From: a virus
Taxonomy: Duplodnaviria; Caudoviricetes
Length of the DNA: 36,922 nt
IMG/VR virus record: IMGVR_UViG_3300037851_000155
Location: 1-36,922 of that record
Reading direction: 5' to 3' (one strand)
In this document: positions 15,828 to 25,039 of the stretch, in pieces
How the letters are laid out: the number at the start of each line of letters is the position of its first letter
How positions within the stretch are numbered: position 1 is the stretch's first letter
Notes under the pieces: generated by a model
What the model was told of the DNA's origin: nothing
The model's database searches: none
Seen by the model: the letters and a program-made list of their open reading frames with translations, nothing else
Position numbers and translations under genes: made by a program

Positions 15828-16370
15828 ATGAACGTACCGAGCGAGATCCACAGCAAAGACAGTTATGAATGGTCCGAGTCAATCAGTGGCTACCCGGCTA
15901 CTGATTGGACCTTAAAGTTGTTCCTCCGGGGTCCTTCAATCCTCGATGTAACCGCGACCGCAGACGGCGTTGACTACCTGTTCAGTATCCCCTCGACAGA
16001 CACAGCAAACCTAAAACCGGGCCAGTACGCCTGGGAAGCCGTTGTCATTCAAGGGGTTGGTGTCAATCGGCACCGGGTCGGGTCCGGGAGCCTCCAAGTC
16101 ACAGTATCCCTGGAACAGTTATCGGCCGGCTATGAGAGCCGGAGCATGGCCAGGGTCACACTGGAAAACCTCGAAGCGATTATCAAGAAGCGGTCGACCG
16201 AAGGCTTTGAATCGGTTGTGATTGCCGGCCGGAGTGTGACGAAGATGAAGTGGACCGACATTTTGACAGCCTACTCGCATTTCAAGGAGTTGGTCCGCCA
16301 GGAAGAACAAGCCGAAAAGATTGCCCGGGGTGAATCGGCCCGGCGGATCCTTGTGAGGTTCCCCGCATGA
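15828..16370 (+). CDS. extended gpW-like head completion protein
   Basis: between terL and portal; C-terminal LENLEAII...SVVIAGRSVTK gpW-like segment; extra N-terminal beta domain. Confidence 0.7.
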   Translation: MNVPSEIHSKDSYEWSESISGYPATDWTLKLFLRGPSILDVTATADGVDYLFSIPSTDTANLKPGQYAWEAVVIQGVGVNRHRVGSGSLQVTVSLEQLSAGYESRSMARVTLENLEAIIKKRSTEGFESVVIAGRSVTKMKWTDILTAYSHFKELVRQEEQAEKIARGESARRILVRFPA

Positions 16371-17983
16371 ATATCCTCCAGAGGCTCAAATTTGCCTTCT
16401 CCGGGCCGATCTCCGAAAGCCGCCTCTCCGGTACCCCTGGGAGCGAAAGGCGGTTCCTACGCCGTCTACGGAGTTACGAAGCGGCTAAAACAAACCGGTT
16501 AAACTCCGATTGGCCAACCTCCGACAGTTCCGCAGATTCAGCCATATACGCCGACATGAGGGCTTTAAGGGCCCGGGCAAGGTGGCTTTCCAGAAATGAT
16601 GGCTATGCGGACCGGTACCTCCGCCTGGTGCGGCAGAATGTCCCGGGGCCAACCGGCTTCAAGTTTCAGTCGGATGTCCGGGAACCCGATCGGCAAGGCA
16701 AGATGGTCAAGGACCGGGTCGCGAACACGATGATCGAGCGAGAGTTCGCACGGTGGAGCCTTCCCCGCTATTGTACGGTCACTGGCCAGATGTCGCTCCG
16801 GGAGGTGCAACACCTGGTCGCAGTTAGCCTGAAACGGGATGGCGAGTTCCTGGTGCGGAAGGTCCGGAACGGATCCGAGTATGGGATCCAGTTGCAAGTC
16901 CTTGAACCGGACATGATTGATGAAGGTCTGAACACGGACCTGGGCAACGGCCAGTATATCCGCATGGGGATCGAGTTTGACGAATGGCGGCGGCCGATCG
17001 CATACCACCTGAAACGCTACAACCCGGCGGTCGAGATGTACGGGACAGATGCTTACCTCTCCGGTCAGCACCAGAGAGTCCCGGCAGACGAGATATACTA
17101 CGGCTTTGACGGAGATCGAGCGTTTCAGTCCCGGGGTGTTTCCCGCCTGGCAAGCGGGATGTCGCGGTTGCGTATGCTCTCGGGCTATGAGGAAGCCGCA
17201 GTTGTCAACGCCCGGGTATCGGCCGCGAAGATGGGCTTTTTCAAGAAGTCGGCAGATGCAGTTGGTGAATACACCGGGAATGATGTCGATGGAAACGATG
17301 TCCTGACAGATGCGGAGGCCGGAACCTTTGAAGAGTTGCCGGTCGGATGGGATTTCGCTCCCTGGGATCCGCAGTATCCCTCGGGGGAACATGAACCCTT
17401 TGTCAAGCGAACGCTCCGGGGGATCGCTTCCGCGTTCAATGTCGCATATAACACCTTTGCGAATGACCTGGAGGGGGTGAACTACTCCAGTATCCGGGCG
17501 GGCCTGTTGGATGAGCGAGAAGCCTGGATCCTGGACCAGGAGATTGTCAAGGAAAAGTTCCTTTTGCCGATGTTTGAGGATTGGCTGGAGATGGCCATAC
17601 TCAAACGCCGGCTCCCTCTCCCGATCAGCAAGTTTGACAAGTTCAATGCCCCGGTGTTTACCGGCCGGCGGTGGCCCTGGGTCGATCCGGAAAAGGACAT
17701 CAAGGCAAAGATCCTTGAAGTCCAGAACGGAATGACCTCACTGTCCCAGGTTGTCGCTGAGAGGGGGGACGATCTTGAGGATGTCCTCGCGGAGATCGCG
17801 GAGGACCAAGCCCTTGCGGAGAAATACGGGGTGACGTTGGCGTTATGGGCTCCGGCCAAAGGGGAAGCCGAACCGGAAGAAGAACCGGAGGAAGAATCGG
17901 AGGAAGAATCGGCGGAGCCGCCGGCAAGGGGAGTTGACATCGTGACAGCAATCATGGGAGGCAACGGTAATGGGTCCCATTGA
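16367..17983 (+). CDS. portal protein, lambda family
   Basis: LRARARWLSRND, DGEFL, GIEFDEWRRPIAYH, QSRGVS, DLEGVNYSSIRAG, WPWVDPEKD. Confidence 0.96.
   Translation: MNILQRLKFAFSGPISESRLSGTPGSERRFLRRLRSYEAAKTNRLNSDWPTSDSSADSAIYADMRALRARARWLSRNDGYADRYLRLVRQNVPGPTGFKFQSDVREPDRQGKMVKDRVANTMIEREFARWSLPRYCTVTGQMSLREVQHLVAVSLKRDGEFLVRKVRNGSEYGIQLQVLEPDMIDEGLNTDLGNGQYIRMGIEFDEWRRPIAYHLKRYNPAVEMYGTDAYLSGQHQRVPADEIYYGFDGDRAFQSRGVSRLASGMSRLRMLSGYEEAAVVNARVSAAKMGFFKKSADAVGEYTGNDVDGNDVLTDAEAGTFEELPVGWDFAPWDPQYPSGEHEPFVKRTLRGIASAFNVAYNTFANDLEGVNYSSIRAGLLDEREAWILDQEIVKEKFLLPMFEDWLEMAILKRRLPLPISKFDKFNAPVFTGRRWPWVDPEKDIKAKILEVQNGMTSLSQVVAERGDDLEDVLAEIAEDQALAEKYGVTLALWAPAKGEAEPEEEPEEESEEESAEPPARGVDIVTAIMGGNGNGSH
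17870..17917 (+). repeat. four 12-bp tandem repeats encoding the acidic portal tail
   Basis: GAA(C/T)CGG(A/C)(A/G)GA(A/G) x4 = EPEE EPEE ESEE ESAE. Confidence 0.7.
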
Positions 17984-19820
17984 CTTGACAAAGATCATAG
18001 GGCAAGCCGTCGACCGGGTGTTCTCCGGCGAGTTCGAGAGAAAGGAAGGGGAGGATACCCTCGGCCTTTCCTTTTCCTCGGAAGTCCCGGTGGAAAGGTG
18101 GTACGGGTACGAGATCCTGGACCACTCTCCGGAGGCTGTTGTCCTGGACAGACTGAATGACGGAGCCCCGGTCCTCCTGGACCACAACCGGGAGATGCAA
18201 GTCGGGGTGATCGAGAAAGCCTGGGTCGATGAAGGAGCCCGGCGGGGGAAGGCGGTGATCCGCTTTTCCAGGGTCGGCCGGGGTCCGGAGGTCAGGACCG
18301 ATGTTGAAGATGGAATCAAACGCAAGACCTCGGTCGGGTACATCGTGCATGATGCAGTGGAGGCCGGCAAAGTCAATGACGTGCCGGTGATCCGCGTTAC
18401 CCGATGGGAACCGATGGAAGTCAGTATTGTTTCCGTCCCGGCTGACGTGACGGTCGGAGTCGGGAGAAGTGCCACGTCACAAACATCATCCACAAGCAAA
18501 GAGGAGGGTAGAGCCATGCCCCCTGAGATCACGAATGGCCCGACTCCCGAACAGATCGAACAGATCCGGGCGGAGGGAAAAAAGGCGGAAACGCTCCGGG
18601 TGTCGGAGATCGAAGCCGCGTCCGCGAAGTTTGTCGGGCGGGTCGAGAACCTGGACGACCTCCGGACACAAGCCGTGAAGGAGAACTGGACGGCAGACCG
18701 GTTCATGGGCGAGATTGCCCTGAGGATCACGGATGGCCGGCCGATCGACACGCCGAAGTCCGAAGTCGGAATGACGGCGAAGGAGATCAAGGAATACAGC
18801 CTGGCCCGAGCGATCCGGCACCGGCTTGACCCCCGCTTCCCGGCGGACCTGGAGATGGAGGTCCACCGCCAGTTGGAGAAGCAGATGGGGAACGCCACGC
18901 ATGGCGGGATCCTTCTCCCCTGGGACATCCAGAAGGAGGATTCCCGGTCCATGTTTGACGATCCGATGTACCGGCAGTTCTTCCAGAAACGCGACCTCCT
19001 GACCACAAGCAACGCCTCGGCCGGGTACCTGGTCGAGACAAGCCTGTTGGCGGGGTCCTTCATCGAGATCCTGCGGAACCGGGCCCTCTGCTTCAACCTG
19101 GGTGTCAGGATGCTCCCCGGCCTGGTCGGGAAGATCGCGATCCCCCGGCAGACCGGATCCGCGACCGCATTGTGGGCGACAGAAGGAACGGCGGTCGGAA
19201 CGGAGTCCACGCAGACCTTTGACCAGGTCAGCCTGACCCCGAAGGAAGTCGCCGCGTTCACGGACATCTCCCGAAAGATGCTCATGACCTCCACGCCGGC
19301 GGTTGAAGGCTTGGTCCGTTCGGATCTGGCCGCAACCCTGGCTCTCGCGATTGATGCCGGTGTCCTGAATGGCGGCGGCACACTCGAGCCGACCGGGATC
19401 CTCAATACCTCGGGGATCGGATCAGTCACCGGGACGAGCCTGGCTTTCGCGGGTGTGGTCGAGTTCGAGACGGATGTCGCGGCGGCCAACGCCGATGTCT
19501 CCACCATGGCGTATGTGACCACGCCGGCGATCTACGGGTTGCTCAAGACCCGAGTCAAGGAGACGAACTTCCCGTTCTATCTGTTGGAGAATGGGATGCT
19601 CAACGGGTATCCGGCTTACCGCACCAACCAGATGCCGACCGCGAAGATGGTGTTTGGCAACTTTGCGGAGGCGTTTGTCGGGATGTGGGGCGGCCTGGAG
19701 ATCCTGGTCAACCCGTACCGGCAAGACATCGAAGGCCTGGTCAGGATTTCGGCCTGGCAATCGGTTGATGTCGGGGTGCGACACGCCGGCAGTTTCTCGG
19801 CGGCGGCCTCGATCACCTGA
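17970..19820 (+). CDS. HK97-type prohead protease / major capsid protein fusion
   Basis: LSFSSEVPVER, APVLLDHN, SVGY, WEPMEVSIVSVPAD protease; AGYLVET, IPRQTG, ISRKML, EPTGILN, FGNF capsid motifs. Confidence 0.93.
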   Translation: MGPIDLTKIIGQAVDRVFSGEFERKEGEDTLGLSFSSEVPVERWYGYEILDHSPEAVVLDRLNDGAPVLLDHNREMQVGVIEKAWVDEGARRGKAVIRFSRVGRGPEVRTDVEDGIKRKTSVGYIVHDAVEAGKVNDVPVIRVTRWEPMEVSIVSVPADVTVGVGRSATSQTSSTSKEEGRAMPPEITNGPTPEQIEQIRAEGKKAETLRVSEIEAASAKFVGRVENLDDLRTQAVKENWTADRFMGEIALRITDGRPIDTPKSEVGMTAKEIKEYSLARAIRHRLDPRFPADLEMEVHRQLEKQMGNATHGGILLPWDIQKEDSRSMFDDPMYRQFFQKRDLLTTSNASAGYLVETSLLAGSFIEILRNRALCFNLGVRMLPGLVGKIAIPRQTGSATALWATEGTAVGTESTQTFDQVSLTPKEVAAFTDISRKMLMTSTPAVEGLVRSDLAATLALAIDAGVLNGGGTLEPTGILNTSGIGSVTGTSLAFAGVVEFETDVAAANADVSTMAYVTTPAIYGLLKTRVKETNFPFYLLENGMLNGYPAYRTNQMPTAKMVFGNFAEAFVGMWGGLEILVNPYRQDIEGLVRISAWQSVDVGVRHAGSFSAAASIT

Positions 19821-19856
19821 CCGTGATCGGTCAAGATGCCTCTCACCACTGAAAAT

Positions 19857-19880
19857 GCCTGGGGGCTTTTGCCCCCAGGC
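19857..19880 (+). other. hairpin after the capsid gene (stability element or terminator)
   Basis: GCCTGGGGGC-tttt-GCCCCCAGGC perfect 10-bp stem. Confidence 0.6.
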
Positions 19881-19913
19881 GTTCATTCCACAAAGCAGAA
19901 AGGACCAAACCCT

Positions 19914-20093
19914 ATGGCGGTCGAGAAGATGATGAAGGTCAGACTCACTCGCGGGATCTTCATTGATGGACAGCCGTTCAAGGCCGGGGACATTGTTGAA
20001 GTCTCGGTCCGGGACGGCCGTTACTTTATCGGCATGAAGAAGGCGGAGGAAGTCAAGGATGCCGGATCCAAGCCGATGAAGGCGGAGAAGTGA
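19914..20093 (+). CDS. small head-associated protein
   Basis: GAAAGGA RBS; KVRLTRGIFIDGQPFKAGDIVEV...GMKKAEEV, typical of the small gene after HK97-type capsid genes. Confidence 0.7.
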   Translation: MAVEKMMKVRLTRGIFIDGQPFKAGDIVEVSVRDGRYFIGMKKAEEVKDAGSKPMKAEK

Positions 20094-20094
20094 G

Positions 20095-20391
20095 ATGACA
20101 GAGTTTGGGGCCGTTGACGATCTGTTCCCGGACGAGTTGGCCCAACTTGTCACCGTGACGATCGCCGGGGTGTCGCAAGACATCCGGGGAGTCTTTGTGG
20201 ACGAGTATAGTACGACTCAGTTGTTCAACGGGGCAGTAGAGAACGCCTCCCCAAGCCTCACGGTCAGGACCTCGGATGTGGAGGGGATCGGGAGGGGGAG
20301 TTCTGTAATCGTTGACGGCCTCACCTATTTTGTCGTTGAAGTCCGGCCAGATGGTGCCGGCGTTACCACGTTGATACTGTCGAAAGACTAA
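20095..20391 (+). CDS. head-tail joining protein (gpFII-like)
   Basis: IRGVFVDEY...PSLTVRTSDV...VEVRPDGAGVTTLIL; synteny. Confidence 0.8.
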   Translation: MTEFGAVDDLFPDELAQLVTVTIAGVSQDIRGVFVDEYSTTQLFNGAVENASPSLTVRTSDVEGIGRGSSVIVDGLTYFVVEVRPDGAGVTTLILSKD

Positions 20392-20852
20392 TGTCGATCG
20401 CGAGACAGGACATAGTTGATGCAGTAGTCTCCCGGCTCCAGGGGATCCTCACCACCGGAGGATACAGTACCAACTTGGGAACGTCAATCCACAAGTTCCG
20501 GGCCACGGTGTTCGGCCAGGAAGAATTGCCGGCATTGAACCTCCGGGACATGGAGGAAGTGGTTGAAAGTCTGGATGAAGCGGAGCAAATGGCTCAGTTG
20601 TCGCTCACCTTCCAAGCGGAGATAGCCGTGTCGAACGGCCGGACATCTGACAATGACATGAGGACGTTGATTGCCGATGTCTGGATGGCCCTGGGGGTCG
20701 ATCCGACCTTTAGCGGAAAGGTCAAGTCCACTTACCGGATTGGGGACAGTATGGTCCTGGACCAGGAGGCAGATGCGATCGCCGGGGCGTTGTTGGAGTT
20801 CAGGTGTGTGTACCATGACTTTCAATTCATCACGGATGTAATACCGAATTAG
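20391..20852 (+). CDS. tail terminator (gpU-like)
   Basis: RQDIVDAVVSRLQGI, EELPALNL, LIADVWMALGVDPTFSG; synteny. Confidence 0.75.
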   Translation: MSIARQDIVDAVVSRLQGILTTGGYSTNLGTSIHKFRATVFGQEELPALNLRDMEEVVESLDEAEQMAQLSLTFQAEIAVSNGRTSDNDMRTLIADVWMALGVDPTFSGKVKSTYRIGDSMVLDQEADAIAGALLEFRCVYHDFQFITDVIPN

Positions 20853-20869
20853 CCTAACGGAGGTGCGAG

Positions 20870-21418
20870 ATGGCACTTGGATTCAACAGACGGCGGATCA
20901 ATGTCAAGGGCGGCGGGACCCTGCAAGTCCGGGAGGTCGATCCTACCCCTGGATCCTGGCAGACCATTGGCTTTATCAAGGACAGTACGTTTGTCCTGGA
21001 GCCTCAGATGGTCGAGTCGATTGACGACAAGGGGGATCAGATCGACAACAAGATCGGTGGGAAGAAGGCATCCTGGCGGGCAACGCTGATGCAGAGTTCG
21101 AAGGACGAGTACCAACTGGTCAAGGACGCGGAAGAGAAGATCTATGAGATGTACTACCACGTCCTGAACGCTGACGGAAACCACTTTGAGGTGGTGTTCC
21201 CCCTGGTCAGGATCAAACCGGGCTTTGAGTCCAGTTTCCAGGCGGCAACGGAACGCGGGATCCAGGTCGAGTTTTATGCCCTGGCTCCGGCAACGGCATT
21301 GACCCGAACGCCGACAGCATACAATTCCCTCCAGTGGGAGCCGTTCGTGATCAGCGAGAACGCCTCGGAGCAAGGGGCTCCCTCCGACAACGCCTCGGTC
21401 CCGGCCGGTGCGATCTAA
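20870..21418 (+). CDS. putative major tail tube protein
   Basis: GGAGGT RBS; between terminator and chaperone; tube-like beta pattern (WQTIGFIKDSTF, ATLMQ, FPLVRI). Confidence 0.7.
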   Translation: MALGFNRRRINVKGGGTLQVREVDPTPGSWQTIGFIKDSTFVLEPQMVESIDDKGDQIDNKIGGKKASWRATLMQSSKDEYQLVKDAEEKIYEMYYHVLNADGNHFEVVFPLVRIKPGFESSFQAATERGIQVEFYALAPATALTRTPTAYNSLQWEPFVISENASEQGAPSDNASVPAGAI

Positions 21419-21433
21419 GGAAGGGGGTCAGAA

Positions 21434-22603
21434 ATGAGCCTCGGATTCAATCGCAGACGGATCTTTGTCAAGGGCCTGGGGAATGTCGAAGTCAGGGAGG
21501 TTTATCCCTCGACCGGGACGGCCTTTCAATCCCTGGGCTTCCTTGAACAGGCGACAATCTTGATCGAGCCGGAGGAAGTCGATGTTATGACCGACATCGG
21601 AGCCAGGGCCAATGTCTTGACTCAATCGCGGCGGATCACTTTCACGGCGAACCTACTCCAGACGGCAAAGGACGAGATTTCCTTTGTCACCGGGAATGAA
21701 ACGAAGGAGTATGAGGTCCGGTACTTTGGCCTGGCGGGTCCTGGGGTCTACCAGTGGTTCCTTTTCCGCCGGTGCCGGATCACGCCGCAGTTGGGGCTTG
21801 ATTTCAAGCCGGGCCAACGGTTGCTCCCGGTCCAAGTCAATGTCCTGGAGCCGGAGGATTCCCAGGGCTCGGATGAAATGTATATCCAGGAAGTCGGAGG
21901 CTTGCTGTATCCCTCCGGCCTGGAGTTGTGGGCGGATCCGGCCATGGTCAAGGACCTTGACACGGTAACGGTCAGAGATGTTTCGGGCTTTGACCGTGAT
22001 GCCACGCTGTCCCCCTCGGGGGATGTCACGTCAATCTGGAATGACTCGGGGAGTCCGGTGTTCTTCCGGTTTGACGGCTCCAATGATTACGCTTCCTGGG
22101 GGGACATCCTGGACGATGATGATTCGGGGGATTTTGTTGTAGAAGCCTGGGTCAGGGTCCAAGCAGCGAACGGGACGGAGGAAGCCATACTGTCGAAGAA
22201 GTCTGTACTAACAGACGACACGGCCGGCTTTGTCCTGTACCGCACGACCGGAAACAATGCGGCCTTCAAGTTGTCAAGCGGGTCGGCCTCGGCAGAGGCG
22301 GTGAGTACGGGCGGGTCGATCACGCAGAATGTCTGGAAGCACGTTGCCGTATCGGTTGATCGGAATGGCAACGCTCAGATGTATGTCAACGGGGTGGCCT
22401 CCGGGTCCCCGGTGTCGTTTGATGCTATCGGGACCGGGGCCAACGCTGTTGCACTCTACCTGGGGCGGTGTGGCACGAACTACGGGCAAGTGGATGTCGG
22501 GTCTGTCCGGGTGTTCCGGTATACTACCGGCAACTTGCCCTCAGATGTGGCGACCAGGATCGCAAGTCACTTTGACGCGGAACGGGATGCTTACGGGATC
22601 TAA
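21434..22603 (+). CDS. tail-tube paralog fused to a LamG/ConA-like lectin domain
   Basis: N-terminal ~140 aa aligns with the previous gene (LGFNRRRI.VKG.G...VREV.P, L.Q..KDE); C-terminal FDGSNDY, FVVEAWVR, WKHVAVSVDR, MYVNGV. Confidence 0.75.
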   Translation: MSLGFNRRRIFVKGLGNVEVREVYPSTGTAFQSLGFLEQATILIEPEEVDVMTDIGARANVLTQSRRITFTANLLQTAKDEISFVTGNETKEYEVRYFGLAGPGVYQWFLFRRCRITPQLGLDFKPGQRLLPVQVNVLEPEDSQGSDEMYIQEVGGLLYPSGLELWADPAMVKDLDTVTVRDVSGFDRDATLSPSGDVTSIWNDSGSPVFFRFDGSNDYASWGDILDDDDSGDFVVEAWVRVQAANGTEEAILSKKSVLTDDTAGFVLYRTTGNNAAFKLSSGSASAEAVSTGGSITQNVWKHVAVSVDRNGNAQMYVNGVASGSPVSFDAIGTGANAVALYLGRCGTNYGQVDVGSVRVFRYTTGNLPSDVATRIASHFDAERDAYGI

Positions 22604-22605
22604 CC

Positions 22606-23016
22606 ATGCTCAAAGCCGTTGATTTCAGGGCCGTCAAATTCTATTCGTTGAAGGCTGATGTAGGGGAGCCCAAGACGATATTCAAACTCGGTCACATTGA
22701 TTCAGGTGTCCGGGCAAGGATCCTTGACGGTGCGGCCAGGGCGGTTCAGGATGGATCGGCAAAGGCAGAGGGAAGAAACGTGCGACTCGATCTTCTCCCG
22801 GCCTCGTTGTGTGTCGAGTTCGTCAGACATGGACTAAAGGGGTGGGAGAATTTCCCGGCGGAGTTCAGTACGGTGACAATCGACATCCCGGGCCTGGGTC
22901 CCAGGTCTGTTGTTTCGGAGGATGCTTTGAATGTCCTCCAATGGGATTGGCTGGTCGAGATAGCCTCGGAGATCATGTCACTCAACACGGTCGAAGGTGA
23001 TGACCTAAAAAACTGA
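22606..23016 (+). CDS. tail assembly chaperone (G-like)
   Basis: VRHGLKGWENF motif; upstream of the tape measure; ends in slippery A AAA AAC TGA. Confidence 0.8.
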   Translation: MLKAVDFRAVKFYSLKADVGEPKTIFKLGHIDSGVRARILDGAARAVQDGSAKAEGRNVRLDLLPASLCVEFVRHGLKGWENFPAEFSTVTIDIPGLGPRSVVSEDALNVLQWDWLVEIASEIMSLNTVEGDDLKN

Positions 23017-23231
23017 CACTGGCCGTCAGAGAGTTCCTGGAAACGGGATCCCTGGCGGCCGATGACTCCGGGGTTGCAGACCTTATCAGATTTGCCCACG
23101 ATGTCGAAGCCGGATCGCTCCGGCTCTCCCTCTCCGAATGGTTGGCGTTGCCGGCCGTCCTCCATGCCACGTTGAACATCTACCGCCAGGAAACGAGACA
23201 GCACTATGAGAACCAGAAGGGGTTGAAATGA
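23007..23231 (+). CDS. -1 frameshift extension of the tail chaperone (GT-like)
   Basis: A AAA AAC at 23007-23013; the -1 frame reads KLTLAVREFLETG...EWLALPAVLHATLNIYRQETRQHYENQKGLK to TGA 23229-23231, overlapping the TMP start. Confidence 0.75.
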   Translation, partial: KKLTLAVREFLETGSLAADDSGVADLIRFAHDVEAGSLRLSLSEWLALPAVLHATLNIYRQETRQHYENQKGLK

Positions 23232-25039
23232 TCGGGGACCGCGAGTTCCTGTTACTGATCTCGGCAAACGACCGGGCAACAGCCGCATGGTCCAAGTTCT
23301 CGCAGAAAGTTGGCCAGGACATCGGGAAGATGTCAACGGCGATGTCGGGTTTCAACCGCCTGGCCGGGACCCTCTTGACCGGTGCGTTTATCAAAAAGAC
23401 CCTCGACCTGGCGAAGGGTCAAGAACAGGCCCAAGCCAAGTTGGTCGCGGCTCTCCGGAATGTCGGGATCACCTCGCAGGAAGTCGCTCAAGGGATGTAT
23501 GACTATGCTTCGGCCATGCAACAAGTCACGACATTCGGGGACGAACAAGTCATAGCGGCCCAAGCGGTGTTGACGGCCATGACCGGTGTTGCGGGGAAGG
23601 GCCTGGAGCCGGCTACAAAGGCGGCCCTGGACCTGGCCTCCGCTATGCAGATGGATGTGGAGTCGGCCGCGTTGCTGATCGCGAAGTCGGTCGGAGGGAT
23701 GAACGCCCTCGGCCGGTATGGGATCCAAGTCCAGTTGGCCGGGACGGCCTCGGAGAAATTGGGGCAAGTGGTAGAGGCGGTGGCAAAGAAGTTTGGCGGA
23801 TTTGCGGAAGGGGAGGCAAAGACCGCGACCGGTCGGATCAAACAGATGGAAAACGCCCTGGGGGACCTCGGGGAACAGATAGGATCCTTCATAGCGGAAA
23901 GCATCCGGCCGATCATCGGGGAATTGATGAAGGGCCTTCCGTATGTCGCGAAGGTCTTGGCAACGGCCTTCCAAGTTGTCAAGACGATTATTACCGGGGT
24001 TGTCTCGGCTGTTGTCACCCTGTTTTCCTATATCGAGAAGTTTGGGAATTTCATGGGATGGTGGAAGTCGAACGTCTTTGGTCCCGCCGCCCTCAAAGGC
24101 GAACAGATGTTGCTGGATGGGATCGCGGATATTGGGAAGATTTGGCAAACCGTCGAGAACAACGCGGAGGCATACGGCCAAGCGGTTAATGATGCCGGCG
24201 AAGGTACGAAGGAGTTGTACCTGACGATGAAGAAGATGGAGGCGATCGAGCCGGTGTATGTCTCCGATGAACAGAAGAAACGGATGGAAGATTCGGTCGC
24301 TTTGGCTCAGAGGATCGCAGATTGGATGCGGACGGCGGAATCGGTCCAGCGGGAGTTGTTAGCGGAGTCCCATAAGGCTTTCATCGACCGGGTATCAAAG
24401 CAAGTGGAGGAAGTCGCGGCGGTCACGGTCGCCACGCTTGATGATGCCATGTTGCAGATCGGCCTGGGGTGGCAGATGTTGTTTGACTCGATGGGGGCGG
24501 GGATCGACCGCATGGCGAACGCCCTGGTTTCGGGATTGTCAGATGCCTTTGAGAGGATCTTTCAAGGGGCGAACAGTTTGGTCGAGCAATTTGCCCTGGG
24601 GGTGATTGAAGCAATCGGGCAGATCATGGCCCGGCTTGCCGCCTCCGCCGCAGTGGCGGGGCTCCTGTCGTTGATTTCTGGCGGGGGCCTGGCGTTCGGG
24701 TCTACCTTTTTCGGGCTGACCGGGATCCAGTTACACCGGGGCGGGACAGTCCCGAAGGCCCATGATGGGGCCTTTATTAACCGGAGTGCCGGGACAGAAG
24801 TCCCGATCCTGGTACGCGGGGGAGAAACGGTCCGGACAGAGGCCCAAGAAGCCGTGTTGATGCAGAGGCTTGGGGCGGTGTCGGGCCTGGAGAAACAGAT
24901 CGCGGGATTGGCCGAAGCAATACGCGACTCGAATCAACGGCCGATTGTCTTTGAAAACGTCCTGGAGGGGCAACGGTTCCTCCGGAAAGAAATGCCGGCC
25001 TATGAGGTGTTCAAGTCGAAGAAGGAGGTAAGTCGGTGA
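23228..25039 (+). CDS. tape measure protein
   Basis: LLISANDRATA, YASAMQQVTTFGDE, ALDLASA, NALGDLGEQIG; Ala/Gly-rich helical; C-terminal HRGG...GGETV. Confidence 0.9.
   Translation: MIGDREFLLLISANDRATAAWSKFSQKVGQDIGKMSTAMSGFNRLAGTLLTGAFIKKTLDLAKGQEQAQAKLVAALRNVGITSQEVAQGMYDYASAMQQVTTFGDEQVIAAQAVLTAMTGVAGKGLEPATKAALDLASAMQMDVESAALLIAKSVGGMNALGRYGIQVQLAGTASEKLGQVVEAVAKKFGGFAEGEAKTATGRIKQMENALGDLGEQIGSFIAESIRPIIGELMKGLPYVAKVLATAFQVVKTIITGVVSAVVTLFSYIEKFGNFMGWWKSNVFGPAALKGEQMLLDGIADIGKIWQTVENNAEAYGQAVNDAGEGTKELYLTMKKMEAIEPVYVSDEQKKRMEDSVALAQRIADWMRTAESVQRELLAESHKAFIDRVSKQVEEVAAVTVATLDDAMLQIGLGWQMLFDSMGAGIDRMANALVSGLSDAFERIFQGANSLVEQFALGVIEAIGQIMARLAASAAVAGLLSLISGGGLAFGSTFFGLTGIQLHRGGTVPKAHDGAFINRSAGTEVPILVRGGETVRTEAQEAVLMQRLGAVSGLEKQIAGLAEAIRDSNQRPIVFENVLEGQRFLRKEMPAYEVFKSKKEVSR

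Noticed and set aside
17843-19522. 559-aa minus-strand ORF
   Set aside because: Shadow of the protease-capsid gene
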